A DNA stretch of 64,000 bases from positions 33,913,279-33,977,278 of the forward strand of contig NC_068995.1 of assembly GCF_001194135.2 (NCBI RefSeq), in the 5' to 3' direction. Positions 24,588 to 38,145 of the stretch are shown here, piece by piece (the first letter of the stretch is position 1; each line of letters begins with the position of its first letter). The stretch is from Octopus bimaculoides (taxonomy: Eukaryota). The notes below the pieces were generated by a model. The model saw only the letters and a program-made list of their open reading frames with translations. It was not told where the DNA came from and made no database searches. The position numbers and the translations under genes were made by a program.

Positions 24588-25689
24588 AGTTGAATACTGA
24601 GGTCGATGTAATCGACATATCTCTCTCCTAAAATTGCTGGCCTTGTGCCAAAATTTGAAACCAATATTTATGTATCAGCTATATGAATATTATTATTCTT
24701 TCTTTTATTGTTTTAGTGGTTTCAGTCATAGGGCTTCTTGCGGCGATGCTGTAGCACCACCCTCGACAATTTCTTAGTTAATTATATCAAGCTCTAATTG
24801 TTCTTAGGTACTAATTTAATCGATCTTGTAAAAAAAAAATATACAAACTGAACATTTGTATAAGGGTAGATAATTCATCGGATAAAAACAGTCTCGTCTA
24901 TTTTGAGTCAAACGAAATTTTTAAAGGCAATCCTATAGAATAGAGTCGGAAATTATCTAGAGCAACAAAAATCGCAATTTCTTGGAATGTGAGTTTTTTA
25001 AGCATCATAGATTATGATTCTGAAAAAGAAAAAGAAAAAAATTCATATTTATCCCCTCCCCTTTTCTATAATTTTTCCCTTTTCTGTAATTTTTCCCTTT
25101 TGACATTTTTCTAAATGTTTAATTTTCCCACCTCGGACTTACATCTTGTAAACATTGGAGATTACGATTGTGTAAAAATGAATTTTCCCAAATTCAGTTA
25201 TTTAGCGAAGTTTCGTTTCGATAATTTTTAATCATCTGATGTTTAAAACAAATGGATTTTTTAAAAAAGGTAAAAAAAAATGAAAGTTACAGAACGAGAG
25301 AAAATGTAAGAAAAAAAAAAGGGTTAAAAAATGTAAAAATTTAAAATGTTTATATGGAGTATAATAATCTCAAATATTTAAATCTCGAATCTGAAACAAT
25401 TTTTGAAAAAATATCAAAACTGAAAAAAATTACAGAAAGAAAGAAAGAAATGGGGTAACAACTTTGAAAAGTTTTATATTCTATTTCATATTTTGCTTTC
25501 TATTACATTTAGTCTGGAGATTGTTAAATTTCTTCCAGCCAAACCTTCCCTAAACTGCACCATACGTCTAAAAAGCAAAAAGGACGAAACATTGTACTAC
25601 AATCTCTATGGATATAATCTTTTATCGAACTCACGACCCTTAAAACCCTGAATCTCTTTGAGAACTATGTTAAGGGTACACGTTGCTGC

Positions 25690-27270
25690 AGTCCACTGAT
25701 CTATAAATGAGTAACCTTGCAACGGATTGGCGTACAAGGGTGAGATGGTGACTCAGGAAAATCACCCGAACGGGGTCTCACGGGCCACGTTTTGTATTCA
25801 GTGATTGAAAGGATGAATAGTACAAACCATACTGTGAGTTTCGACTGGTCGGGATTGGTTATTCAACTACGTCGAGGGATGCAACGCAGATAAACGAGCT
25901 GTGGAAATACTAGTCTGACAAACGGCAACCATGCCTGTGGTCCGGACCCCACCCATGCCAGATTCCTTACCGACCCTCTCTGTGATGTATTACATGAGAT
26001 GGAGACTATCGTAGATAGACCTATTTGGGATGGTGCATGCTTGCGCATAACCAATCAGACTGTCGACGGCAAGAACCAACCCCTTCGCTAACACCTTAAC
26101 CAATATTTTGAAATCTGCACTTATCCGAGTCAGATTATCTATTATCAATGTGTCCTTATTTGGCCTTTCGCAAGACTCTGATTTCATTAATGAGAGTCGC
26201 GGCTGGCCGTCTAGGTAACCACTGAAATCCATCTTACAATACAACCCTCTATTCGTCCGAAACAGTCGAGTGAAAAACAGCACATCTCTTGCTTAGAATC
26301 GAGTTGCATTCGCTCATCATGGTCTGCCAAAGACTGGATTGTGGCTTTGTAACCATGTTGCGCTACAGCTATTCGGGCCGCTCGAATGGCTTTCGTTCCT
26401 TTCTTCTCTTAGAGCACGCACCTTAGATCTGACAAAGTAGCCTTTGCGCTTTGTGATGAAAAATTAGTCGAGGATCAATCTTTCCGTAAGTATGTTGGCT
26501 GCAATGCCTTCCTTTAGCGCTTCTTCTAAGTTTCTAATTAGGTCTCTCTCTCATCTATTTTTCTTTATAGCTAGCCCCTTACTTATCTTTATCAATTTGT
26601 TATCTAATTACTCTTTTGAGGGTGAGCCACCATTTATGTTGTTGATTTTCCCCGCCAAATCACTGAGCTAATTCGCTAATCCGGTCTCTGTAAGCTTGGC
26701 GCGCCGGGATTGATGCTCTCAACTTCCAGTAACCAGGGTCATGCCTACTTAAGCATGTCAGACATTTGGCAATGTTTAAGTAGGCTTGCAAAGCTTTTGC
26801 ACCACCCCTTTTTCTATCAGCTAGCCCTACACTGTCCCTGCATGCATCTGTCATTCCAACCTCTCACAAGTGGATCGCTCCCAGGAAATACTCTTGATGC
26901 CTGAAGAAATCTGGTCGCCCGATCCTTGTTGGGGGTGTAGACGATTTACAGTCTGAAGTCATTACTTTCGTTGCTGGTTACGTCTAGAATCACCAACTTA
27001 CCTTCTAGGTCCAACACGATGCTCTGTATCGTGAGAGACAAGCTTCTTCAAAACAACACATCACCTTCGCCTCCAAGTCCTGAACGATTTGAAGGTGTGT
27101 ACGTTTCATATCCAACTAAAATGGTCGGAAGGGTTCATGGATCTGAAATTTTAATCTCACTGATGGTCACCACATTTATATCTAATGACTTGATGTCATT
27201 GAGTCGGGGCTCTGCTTCCAAGTCGACCTCAGGGCACGTGCATTTACACTGCCTATTCTGAGTAAGGACA
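25690..27270 (-). mobile_element. Decayed L1/Tx1-clade LINE ORF2 (APE endonuclease plus N-terminal RT)
   Basis: Minus-strand remnants RIGSVNARAL, LDLEGKLVILDV, IVYTPN, PGYWKL and ISADFKILVKVLAK...QACTIPNRSIYDSLHLM. These are L1/Tx1 EN and RT motifs with stops and frameshifts. Ends approximate. Confidence 0.78.
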
Positions 27271-27669
27271 TTTCAGACAAGAAAGAAAAGGGGAAAACCT
27301 GTTTACATTATTTCTGCGGGAAGCACATTGTTCTGTCCCTATCGTCTCATGCAGGTGTTTCTTTGAATAAACTTTTGTTATCATTTCCTCTAAAGTTTCC
27401 AGATCCGTCGGGATAATGGTTTTCTAAAAGGTCGTGATTCCAGTTTCCTGGACAGTTGTCATCACGGTTGTTTTGTCATTGTCATTTCATTTGTACATTG
27501 CATGCATATATCACACGAGTGTACATTTCATTTCTTTCATTTTTCTTTGTGTGTGTTTTGTGCTACATCTTGTGGGTGGTTTTCAGTGGCCATTCTGCCT
27601 CAGGCGTTCTAACAGATTTCATATTATCGTGCGTTTTCGCACTGGCAAGGGAGCCCTGTAATAACGCCG

Positions 27670-27680
27670 TGCGCATGCGT
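27670..27680. promoter_or_regulatory. NRF1-like motif TGCGCATGCGT in CpG-rich intergenic DNA
   Basis: Near match to the NRF1 consensus TGCGCATGCGCA. Motif only. Confidence 0.3.
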
Positions 27681-30327
27681 GGAATTAAACAAGCAAGCGT
27701 TCCCGCTTCTATTCTATCTCTTTCTTGCTGGCCAGCAATAGAGCATGGACGTGTTTAGTTGTCACTCTCCATCTTTCGGACTTACGCTCGACAGCTCGCT
27801 TACATCTGCATAACAACGTCCCAACAACTATGCTCACACACACAGAAGCTGTAACAACAAGAGCTAAAGATGTATATATTTACCACCTGAATAAATGTTG
27901 TTTAAGTTGATAGTCTGGAGTTCAGCGTTCCGTTTAATTCATAATTTTATATAGGAAAGTCAGGTATACATCTAATGATGTATAACCAACTTTCCTATAT
28001 TGGTTTAGTGTGGGTTGAGTTGTGCTGGTGTTTGTGCCTGTATCGGTGGTGTTGGCATTGGTGATGATGATGGAGTTGGTAATGTAGCGAAGCCTTAAAT
28101 CAAAACCTTACAGCTTTAGTAACTAGCATCAGGCAACACTTAGATCAGGTGACATACCCTGAATATTAGTCAATCAGCTTGCTGAAATATCGCTCTATAT
28201 TATAGAATGTTCTATCATGTCCCAGATGTTTCCACATAACTGAGGGTTTATAAAAACTAAAGCATGCCAGAATCAGTGCAGAGGGTAAGCGAAGGTTCCA
28301 GGGAATAGAGACGAACATAGAATTCTTGGTCTCTGATCGACTTGTATTTAAAAGAATCTTTTCGTCATCACTCCACATTTCAAAGCACGTACCATGAATA
28401 CAGTATACTCATATTTCACCACACAAATAAGTAACCAGCCAGTTCTTTGTACGAAACAAACCAGAAGCGTACATTGAATGTCACAGACAAGCACTTTCAA
28501 CAGACAGCATTTCTTGGTTGCAACTCAAATTAAAGGAATCTTCGACTATGACGAACAATGAATTTTTTTCGCTTCTCGCGCGATGCTAACCTTTTCTGTC
28601 GTTTATGTAACTTTGAATTGCATTTGCTTCTAGCATACCACAATGCACTACTGACAAGTCACTGTAATTATGTAAATATTGCGAGCTATTTCTTTAAAAA
28701 CAGACGTTAATGAAACAACTTTCGAAGTTTGTTTTATTATGGGACAGTACGCAGTTAATTAATTAAGACCCATCTAACGAAGCCCGATGACAAAATTGTT
28801 GTTGCTTGAGGTGGCTTAGAGTTTAAGTTTTTAGAAGGGCTTTTTTTTCTGTCCGTTTAAATTTCTCAGATATTTTCGTTGGCATGTTTTTTCTCTTTTT
28901 CGTTGTGATTACTTTTTTTTCCTTTTATTATTTACAACGGAGCAATTGGTAGATGAAATGGATGCAATGGAGGTACATGCATGATTCTCTAGGCCTCTTC
29001 AGAGATTTACAAAGTTCAGTTCAGTTCATGAAGTTTACAAAATTCAAATATAAATATAAAAATATAAAAGCATGTAATACATACATACATACATAATATA
29101 TTATTTTCTTCATTTTGTACTTCTTTGTAAAAAACATTTTCATTCTCTCTCTTCTTGAAAATTTGCTTCGCAATGAAAGCCGGTTAGAGAAATCTTTATT
29201 AAAATATGCTTCCAGTTTAGCATTCTGCCTTACTATTATTTTTCATTTTCCTATTATTTCTCCACGTGCGGTTAATACAACCCCAATATNNNNNNNNNNA
29301 TAAGAGGAATGACCAGCAAAAGTGGACTCCTATATGCTAGAAATAGATGCCGAATCATCTAACCACGAAAAATATGTTCTCAGTAAAAATTAGCGACACA
29401 ACAGACTGTAAAAGGGCAAGACAAATGAAAAAATACTAAATTAAAAAAAACGATTAACCTACGTACCATGGTTTCACCTGTTAAAATTTACATAGGTAAA
29501 TATCTGCAGGCTCATCAGCGTAGTCTGTCGATTTATAAAATATAATTTCCAGAACTAGAATTTAAGTTTTGAAATTTTTTCTTCTTTGGTAATTCGTATT
29601 AAAATTTTGAAAACGTGTTCCTAGCATGTCAGAAAGGGGGTGCGGTCCATGACATTTTTTTGAAGGGTGTCTTACATTAACCTCGGACTGACCAAAGCCT
29701 TGTGAGTGGATTTGGTAGACAGAAACTGAAAGAAGCCCATCGCATACATGTCGGCGTATATATCTGTGTCTGTCCCCTACCAGCATTTGACAACCGGTGC
29801 GGGTTTGTTTACGTCCCGTAACTTAGTGGTTCGGTAAGAACACCGTCAAAGTAAGTATCAGATCGAAAGAAAGAAAAACAAATTCCTTGTTCTACCTAAC
29901 CCTTCAAGGCGGTGCCTCAGCATGACCGAAGTCTAGTGATTGAAACATGTAAACGATAAAATAATTAACTGAAAATGAATGACTTGTACTCATGTGGAGA
30001 AAGAAAAACATGTTTTATTCCATAAGTTCCCTTTTATTGCAGTTTCTTTTCCTTTCCCGGATAAATATGTTGCGTGCCTTATGTCTCATGGGAAAATGTA
30101 GTTTGATTCTCCATGTAAACCAGATTCAATTTTGACTCACATTTTACTTCTATTACATGTTCCACCCAGTCTCATCATTCATTTCCCATAAACCTGAAAT
30201 TATTTATCAATTTAAGATAACAATGAAAAGTTATTTTGGGTGCAGCAATATGGCTTCCAAATCCAGCACAAAACGATCTAGGTGTAAATGAATATCTATG
30301 AACATTTTTTTTAGTTAATATAGGTAG

Positions 30328-30337
30328 GTCACGTGAC
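30328..30337. promoter_or_regulatory. Palindromic E-box GTCACGTGAC (CLEAR/USF-type) just upstream of the RIC3 ATG
   Basis: Perfect 10-bp palindrome ending 22 nt before ATG 30360. Function inferred from motif only. Confidence 0.45.
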
Positions 30338-30359
30338 AGGCACATTCTCGGCAGCCAAC

Positions 30360-30495
30360 ATGTCGACGATAAAAGTAATTGGTGTGTTTTCCATTATATT
30401 TGGATGTTTTGCGATGCTTTATCCTCGTTTTCTCCATCCGATTGTTTTGAAAACGTTTGGAATGACACAGAAGTCGCTGGAAAATGATATTTTGT
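30360..30495 (+). CDS. RIC3: RIC-3-like chaperone, coding exon 1 (MSTIKVIGVFSIIFGCFAMLYPRFLHPIVLKTFGMTQKSLENDIL)
   Basis: gccaacATG start and |gtgagt donor, 136 nt (phase 1). The hydrophobic N-terminus with GCFAMLYP resembles invertebrate RIC-3 first segments, and the phase fits exon 2. Confidence 0.82.
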
Positions 30496-32512
30496 GTGAG
30501 TAATTTTTTCATTAAATGGGATGTTTTACATTTTCTTTCCACCGAATGTTCTCATTCATGGCTAGGAAATTCGTTGTACATATTGTAACGAAGTGTTATG
30601 TTGCTTAAAATACTCAGCTTTCGGTAATTTTCATTTATCATGATTGTTTTTGTAACTGATGTTATTATCCCCGTCGAACCTAACGTCATTCACTGGCAGT
30701 GTGCGCTATTATAGATTTTGTTTTGTTATTCTAAACGTGTACACGTTCACGCTACTTTCTCTTTTATGTTGACATTTTCGATATCTCTCTATTCCCTCAC
30801 ATCCAAGCAACAAAATTATGTAGATTTTGGCTTCTTTTCTTAACAAAAAGAAAAACATTTAATACTCGATTGAAAAAGTTAAATCTGAAATACCGATTTT
30901 CAATAAAAATGCTTCCTTTTCAAATCACACACATATACACACATACATACACGTGTACATGTGTATTTAGTAAACTCCATCTACAAAAAGTAGTAAGGTG
31001 AGTGTTAATATGCTTATTGCAACAAATCAAGAAATTTGAATGAAAATTTCTTAGCTTACTACATTAGCATCCACTCTACTACTCGTTTTATTTTATTTTA
31101 ATTGTTTTATGCAGCAGACGTCTCTGTGTTCGATTCCCTCTAGTTTTTCCATCTCAAAAATTTTCTACAAATTGACATCTGTGAACCAGCTGTAAAGATA
31201 GAACTTCGTTAAATGTTGCAGCTTTACCAGTCATTTATTTTTTCTTACATGCTACTCCGTATTTACTTCGGAAACTTCAATTCATATTATTATTATTCTT
31301 TTACTAGTTTCGGTACAATGAACAAAACCAGTACAACCATTACTCTAGCCATGCCGGTGTACCACCTTCAAGAGTTTATAGAAACCAGGTGGGGAATCTT
31401 TATTGGCAGGTTGCTTTGAAAATTAACTGCCACCTGTCAAGGCCACATATTAAAAGAATTTTTTTAATACTGCTAAATCTATTATTTTATAAAATATAAA
31501 TTTACATTCTTATAGCAAACTATAAAAAAGGCGGATTTTTAGAATAAGTACGCCTACTGTAACTTTCGAAAATTCTTTATATTTCCATGTTTTAAACACA
31601 ATGGTAATTATACCAGTAATTATAAGTTTAAAAAAACCCACACACACCATAAATTAGGTGTTTTATAATTAGTTGAAAAGATAAGCTTTAAATAAAATAA
31701 AATAAACAAAAATATATTCAAGTATAATGATTGTTCCCAGTACTTATTTAGGTCTGGTACTTATTTTATCGAGGCGATTAAGTATGCTAAATGCGGTTAG
31801 GGGACTTTACACTAGAAAAATGTATTTATGGAGCTAGCAAAGAAACTCATTAAAGACAAGTTTGTGATGAGGTTTAGGGGAGATGCGCATCAATTGTCAG
31901 TTCGACACCGTCCCAACCAGATGCATAACTATTCTCGTCGTCACTAGAATTTCTGAACTCCAAGATTACCTTTGATAGATATTCCTTTGTCGATCCGCTA
32001 AGTTGCGAGATATAATGAGAGGCACAACTACCGTTTAGTGCCTCTCCCACCCACTTTATTCCTTGTAATAATACTTTTTTTTTAATGTAATTTTGCTACT
32101 TCTTCGATGATGTAGATTACAATTATGGCAACGGTTGTTTTTCTATCTGAAAGAAATGAAGTCCATAACATTTTAATCATTTAATCAATAGCTTCTTGGT
32201 GATCATTGCACAGCAATGATTGATGTCAGATAAAGAGGAGCAGGATAACATTACAAGATGTGACACAGAATAATTTCGATCTCTATTGTAGAGTCAGCTA
32301 GTTCGTAAATGCTTTCATTAACAGATACTTTCAATTTATTTAGTGATAAAGATTAAACGTCAAACCGGAGATTTTTCCTTTGTGCCTTCCAATTTTATGT
32401 CGATAATGAATAATATTAATCAATATAATGTTACGGATTTTTTTTTTATTGAGCGACAACTATGAACAAATTATTGAATGGTATTAAAAAAGTATGAACT
32501 TCTTTCTGAATG

Positions 32513-32557
<45 letters not shown>

Positions 32558-32850
32558 ACCGTAAGGATATTTAGACCTCTTATAGGGATATTGTTATGCA
32601 AGATACATTAGTTTAATATATTGTATTTTGAAGAGATATTTCTTCAATGAATATATTATATAAAAAATCATAAAATATTAAATATTATTAAGTTTGAAAA
32701 CGGAGAGATCTAATGGATACAAGTCAGGTTATATATTTATATATGTTTTGTAGTTTTAATTTTGGTTGTGAAATGAAACAATTGTAGGTGAATATGTTAG
32801 TTAATAAATTAATCTGTATCCATATGATCTTTCTGTTTTCAAACTTAATA

Positions 32851-32896
<46 letters not shown>

Positions 32897-33499
32897 TACA
32901 CTTGTATTAAAGCTGTTAACATTTTTACAAACTTTGTGAAGATTTTTGCAGCTTTAATAAAAGCATATTACTCTACCTTCGGTATTCAAGTACTATTTTT
33001 TTCCACCTTGTTTTGCATGTATAATCACCTTGTGCGTGTAGGCACCACCATTGAGGATTCCAATGTTATTACATGCTTGCCAGCCATTACTGACTGTGTG
33101 AGACCCAGGCAAAATCCACCTTTGTATCAGCTCAGTTAAAGTTTCTTCTGTGCGGTCAGGTACTTTGACCAAGAAACATTTTCTTCAGACTCCCTCTATG
33201 CCACTGAATATCCAATGTCCTTTTGCTTCTTTTACTACTTATCTCCCTTTTAATTATTATTTACTTTTTTCATATAAACAAACTGAACAATTACTGTATA
33301 TGTTTGTGTGCCTGTGTTTGTCCCCCCACCATCGCTTGACAACCAATATTGGTGTGTTTACGTTCCCGTAAACTAGCGATTCGTCAAAAGACCCGATAGA
33401 ATAAGTACTAGCTTTACAAAGAATAAGTCCTGGGCTCGATCTGTTCAGTTAAAGGTGGTGCTCCAGTATGGCTGCAGTCAAATGGCTTAAATAAATAAA

Positions 33500-33640
33500 A
33501 GAATATATATGTATGTACATATATATGTATATGTATGTATATATATATATGTATATATATAATATATGTATGTATGTATATGCATCTATGTGTATGTATG
33601 TATGTATGTATATGTGTATGTATGTATACATATGTATATA

Positions 33641-33701
<61 letters not shown>

Positions 33702-33760
33702 TATATACATACTTATATGTACATACTTGCATCTATACATATATATAAATATATATGCAT
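33500..33760. repeat. Compound (TA)n/(TATG)n microsatellite
   Basis: Directly visible. Confidence 0.95.
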
Positions 33761-34739
33761 ATGTGGGCACAGGATGTCAGGAAATGTGTACAACAAAAAA
33801 ATACGAAGTACGAGTACATGGAATATGAACTATTTTTTTGAACAATGGAAAACAAGACAACATAATGAACGACCCTTCATCAGTTGTTGGCTGTTTTTTC
33901 TACTCTCATATTTTGTGCATTTAACAGCAATATACACTTTCAATAAAACAGTTGCTCCTGCAAAGCAAATTAAATAAAATTTGGGATTTTGCGGAGGGTC
34001 AAATTTGGTAACACAAACAAGACAGTGAAAACAAATAGGAAAGGCTGCTATGCTTAAACTAGGGTGGTGGCGAATGCGTAAATCAAGCTTGGACAGGAGA
34101 CAGACAAGAACACGTCTTTCTTGTTCCAGCTACAACGGAGAGAAAGAAAGAAACACAAGTTAGGAGAAGAAAGAAAGATGCCTTCTCCCATCCTTTTTAA
34201 GTGCTTACTACAAAAAATAAAATTGGCCAAATTAGTCCGGATGGAAGTAAAGAGAAGGGAGGGAGTTGAGAAAAAGTTAGACCGTGGTGAAAAAGAAATT
34301 TGAAAAATCACTGTCAAAATGGAGATTTCTGATCCAAAAATCTGCCATTATTCAAATTAGTCATTACTCATTTTGCCCCAATTTAGACATAATGTTTTGA
34401 AAATGGAAAATGATCAAATTAGACATTTGTTTGGGAAAAAATTGACATGGAATCCAACAGAGGAAAGAATATTAATTGTTGAATGCCAAAATATATCCAG
34501 ATATTTGATTTGCAACCTCAATTATAATAGAGTTGAAGTTGAGGAAAATTTCTTGAAAGAAAAGTACCTGTCACCTGTCAACTTCAACAACAACTATCAT
34601 CATCATCATCATCATCATCTATGTTAACCAATTTTTACTCCTAAAGATGATGCAACAGAATAAATGATTCAATACTTGCAATATAATAGTTTCAAACAGG
34701 TAGGGAGAAAATAACAAGAAATCAAAAATTACTTATTCT

Positions 34740-35205
34740 GTCCCACTCCCTATAGTAATTTGAAATGTTTGACGAATTGGAATAGTACAAAATGATGAAA
34801 AGTATAGACAAAAGAAAGCAGAGGGTTATTGTTTTCAGAGACGTATCTGGGTGTGGGTGGTTTATCTGGTATTTGTTGGGGGTAATCATCTAGGGATCGT
34901 TTGAATGCCGTGAAGTCACTTTCCTCCTTTATGTGTGTTTGGCATGATGTTGAAGAGAGCAGGGCCAATTGAGGTGAAATAGTTCTGTCATAGTGTTGTG
35001 ATATGGCATGAACACTTCTGTAGTGGACGGATGGTAGGGGGCCAAGTCTCTGACAAATTTTAAAGATGGGCAATGTTGATGGAATATTTTCCATATCATA
35101 CAGATGATATAGAGCTCACAACAGCGGTGGAGGGAGAAAAGCCTGAGCTTTTTGAGTCGATCCCAATAGTCAAGGCTTGTCATGTCATCCTCCGCAGACC
35201 TCCGC
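34740..35205 (-). mobile_element. CR1/L2-like LINE 3' end
   Basis: LDYWDRLKKLRLFSL...IWKI and FKRSLDDY...IPDKPPTPRY resemble the CR1-clade ORF2 C-terminus, with frameshifts. Confidence 0.68.
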
Positions 35206-37614
35206 CAAGCAACTCATTTTAAGATAGATACGCGAGTAAAATTACTAATAGAGAAATGAGAATAAACTTTGGAAACAGCAACGCCACCGTAGGTTATGTG
35301 GAAACGATGAACGTGTTTTCAGGGGAGATAATCAAAGAATGTACCATTATAATACTTCATGTAAAGTAAATATAACAACTGAAAAATCCTTCAAGAATCC
35401 ATAAAAATTCCCAGATCACTACCAAAATTTTATTATCTGTTCCTTGTGTCATTACCAACTTTTCCTGCAAGTTTCATCAAATATCGTTCACAACTTTTTG
35501 AGTTATTTTGCACACAGACGGACAAACTAACGCCAATGAAAACATAACCTCCTTTCTAACCCTAAAAGCTGGGAGTTGAAAGCCAGTCATTGGTTAAAAT
35601 TAGAAAATATATACTAAAACTAAATATTTGATGTTATAAAGGCTACTTTTTTTCTATATATTATTACAGCAATTAATGAAAGTTTCTAAATTTGTAGAAC
35701 TATCCAACTAATGAAGAAACAGATGCATCTTCTCTCATGAATTATGTAGATGCTAATTTTAGAGTGTTGAATTTCCATTATCTTGTAAATAAAGCTATAA
35801 AATGTTTTTTAGAGTTGCTTATCAGAAGTTTCTGCTTGTCATATAACCAATTAGGAACTTCTTACAAGAACACTAATGAATGCCATATACATTACACAAA
35901 AAACATGCTTTATTTGAAGGTCAGACATGCAAGAGATCAACTCATATCTATAGTCAGTTTTGTCTGAAGCAACTACAAATACATGTCCATAACAACACAT
36001 CAAGAAACTACTCTAGTTTCTTTAAACCATTGCCTCAAGTTACAAGTAGCTGAAATATCAGTTTTTTTACCTTGTTTCAAATACTCAGTTGATATGCACA
36101 TAAACGTCTGTATAAGAAAACTGAAAAAATTTCAAAAGCTGAAAAACTTTTGGACCTAATTAAGCCCAGAACATTCAGGGGTTTAAAAGAGTTATTGCAT
36201 TCACTTCAACTCTTTTACCTACTTGTGCCAACACCCCCAAATCTCCATAATCAAAAATAATCCTAAAACTGAATAATCTAAACTAAACAGTATTACATGA
36301 ATGCATTATCTTAAAAAATCCTTTAAAAAATATTAACTTTAAAATCACCAATTTATGTGTTCCCTTTCCCAGTTAACAACATGGAATAAGGCTACAACAC
36401 CTTATTCACAGATCTCTCACAAAAAAAAAAAAAAAATACATGATGGCCTCAACAGCAAAAAGCATGCCCAAGTTACACACAGACTACACCCATATACCAT
36501 GAACTCATTGAAGCAAGTTATTATGTTTATATAATCCCGGCATTATGCATACCTACATAAAGTTATAATATGGCTACAAGTTGCTTATGTCTTATATAGT
36601 TACCTCTGAATTGGTGGGTCACAACTTTTTATTTCAATGCCTGTTGTCTTGTTGAACAAATTGGGTTGGAGAAATAAAACAATAATCACTGAGGAAGTGA
36701 AATTCTCTATTTAGTAATTTGACCTGCCGGAAACTGGAGTTAGATCATTTTAAATTACATCCTGCCATCTTAAACATGTCTGTATAATGTGGCCTCAATA
36801 CATTCTGCTTGTACATTGAACAAGATACAAAGTATTTTACCCAATATCCAGATAGTCAAAGATTGCATCACTCAAATTGAGAGAGAAGAAATATAGCCTG
36901 TCCCTCTTCCATTCTTTCTGATTAGTTTTTTCTGACACTTGGTTTCCATTGTCTGCGAGCCTTGTTCTTCATTATCCATGATTGTTTCATGCTTACAGTG
37001 ACAGACCACTTCCACAAGCCTTGTTTTTCCCGACCATTTCATGCTTACAGACATTATATTAATAATTCTGTTAAATTCTTCTTTCTATAACTGCATTTCT
37101 TAAAACTTTTTGTTCATATGTTCCCTGCAACTCATAACCTGTTACAATTTCAAAATAAAATCACTTTAATCTCATTAACATTATCCAGCTATCATACATC
37201 CTTAGTCTAGAAAAGTCTATAAAGGCTTTTAGAGAAACATTAGATGCCATCATAGGACTAGTGCATTATTTAAATCTTTATATATCTTATTGGTTTTAAA
37301 TCGACAGTTTTGTTAAAAAGTGTATTCATATCATGTCAAATCATGAACATATCTTAACATGATAAAATGTTTCAGAAGTTTTCAGCTAAAAGAGTTGAAC
37401 AGAGAAGGTAAACCTCTTCATGATTTCCAAAGTAGGGGTGTGGGTGTTAATCCATGTCAAGGAAAAAGATTTGTACTGATAATGGAAATGTTTTAAATCT
37501 AATTCTTGTGCAATCACATCATTCTTTTAGTCAGGATTTCTGACTCATGCCAAGAAGTAGCTATCTGCAGGAATTATCTTTATAGAGGACAGTCAGATGT
37601 GGAAGTATGGTTAT

Positions 37615-38145
37615 CTTGCATCATCATTGTCGTCGTCATCGCCGCTGCCGTCGTCATCCTTTAGTGTCCGTTTTCCATGCTGGCATGGGATGGATGGTTT
37701 GAACAGAGCTGGTAAACCAGAGAACTGCACTGGGTTTCAATTTGATTTGGTTTGGTTTGGTTTCTGCTGCTGTCTGCTCTTCCTTATGCCAACCACTTTA
37801 CAGTGTGTGTTGGATGCTTTTATGTGGCACTGAAATGGGTGCTTTTTATATGGCACTGTCACAGGACTCATGCAGGTCAATTCTCTTCACTTGGGGATGC
37901 AGCCTCAACACTTCTGCTGTGGAGGATGGGTCTTCTTGAATACAGCAAAGTGCCAGGTATCTTGGTTCTTTGTTATTTCATCCAAAAGGTTCAGCATCCT
38001 GAGGTCATCCTTCAGTACTTTGTCCCGTGTTTTCCTGAGTCTCCTTCTTCCACAAATTCCATTCATGTTGAGAGATCGGCACTGCTTTATGAAATTGTCA
38101 GCATCTACCAGTACTTCCCTCTTGCACACTGTATTTAATTTCACT
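37615..38145 (-). mobile_element. Old RTE 3'-end copy
   Basis: ORF 37905-38144 (GICGRRRLRKTRDKVLKDDLRML...WHFAV) is a decayed RTE C-terminus, with the family 3' end at 37615-37830. Confidence 0.75.

Noticed and set aside
32017-32046. 9-bp stem hairpin GAGAGGCAC-N12-GTGCCTCTC resembling a Helitron end or terminator
   Set aside because: No CTRR terminus or other element boundary found; a single short hairpin is expected by chance.
33414-33770. IY/HT/VC-rich ORFs (also at 50221-50527)
   Set aside because: Translations of microsatellites.
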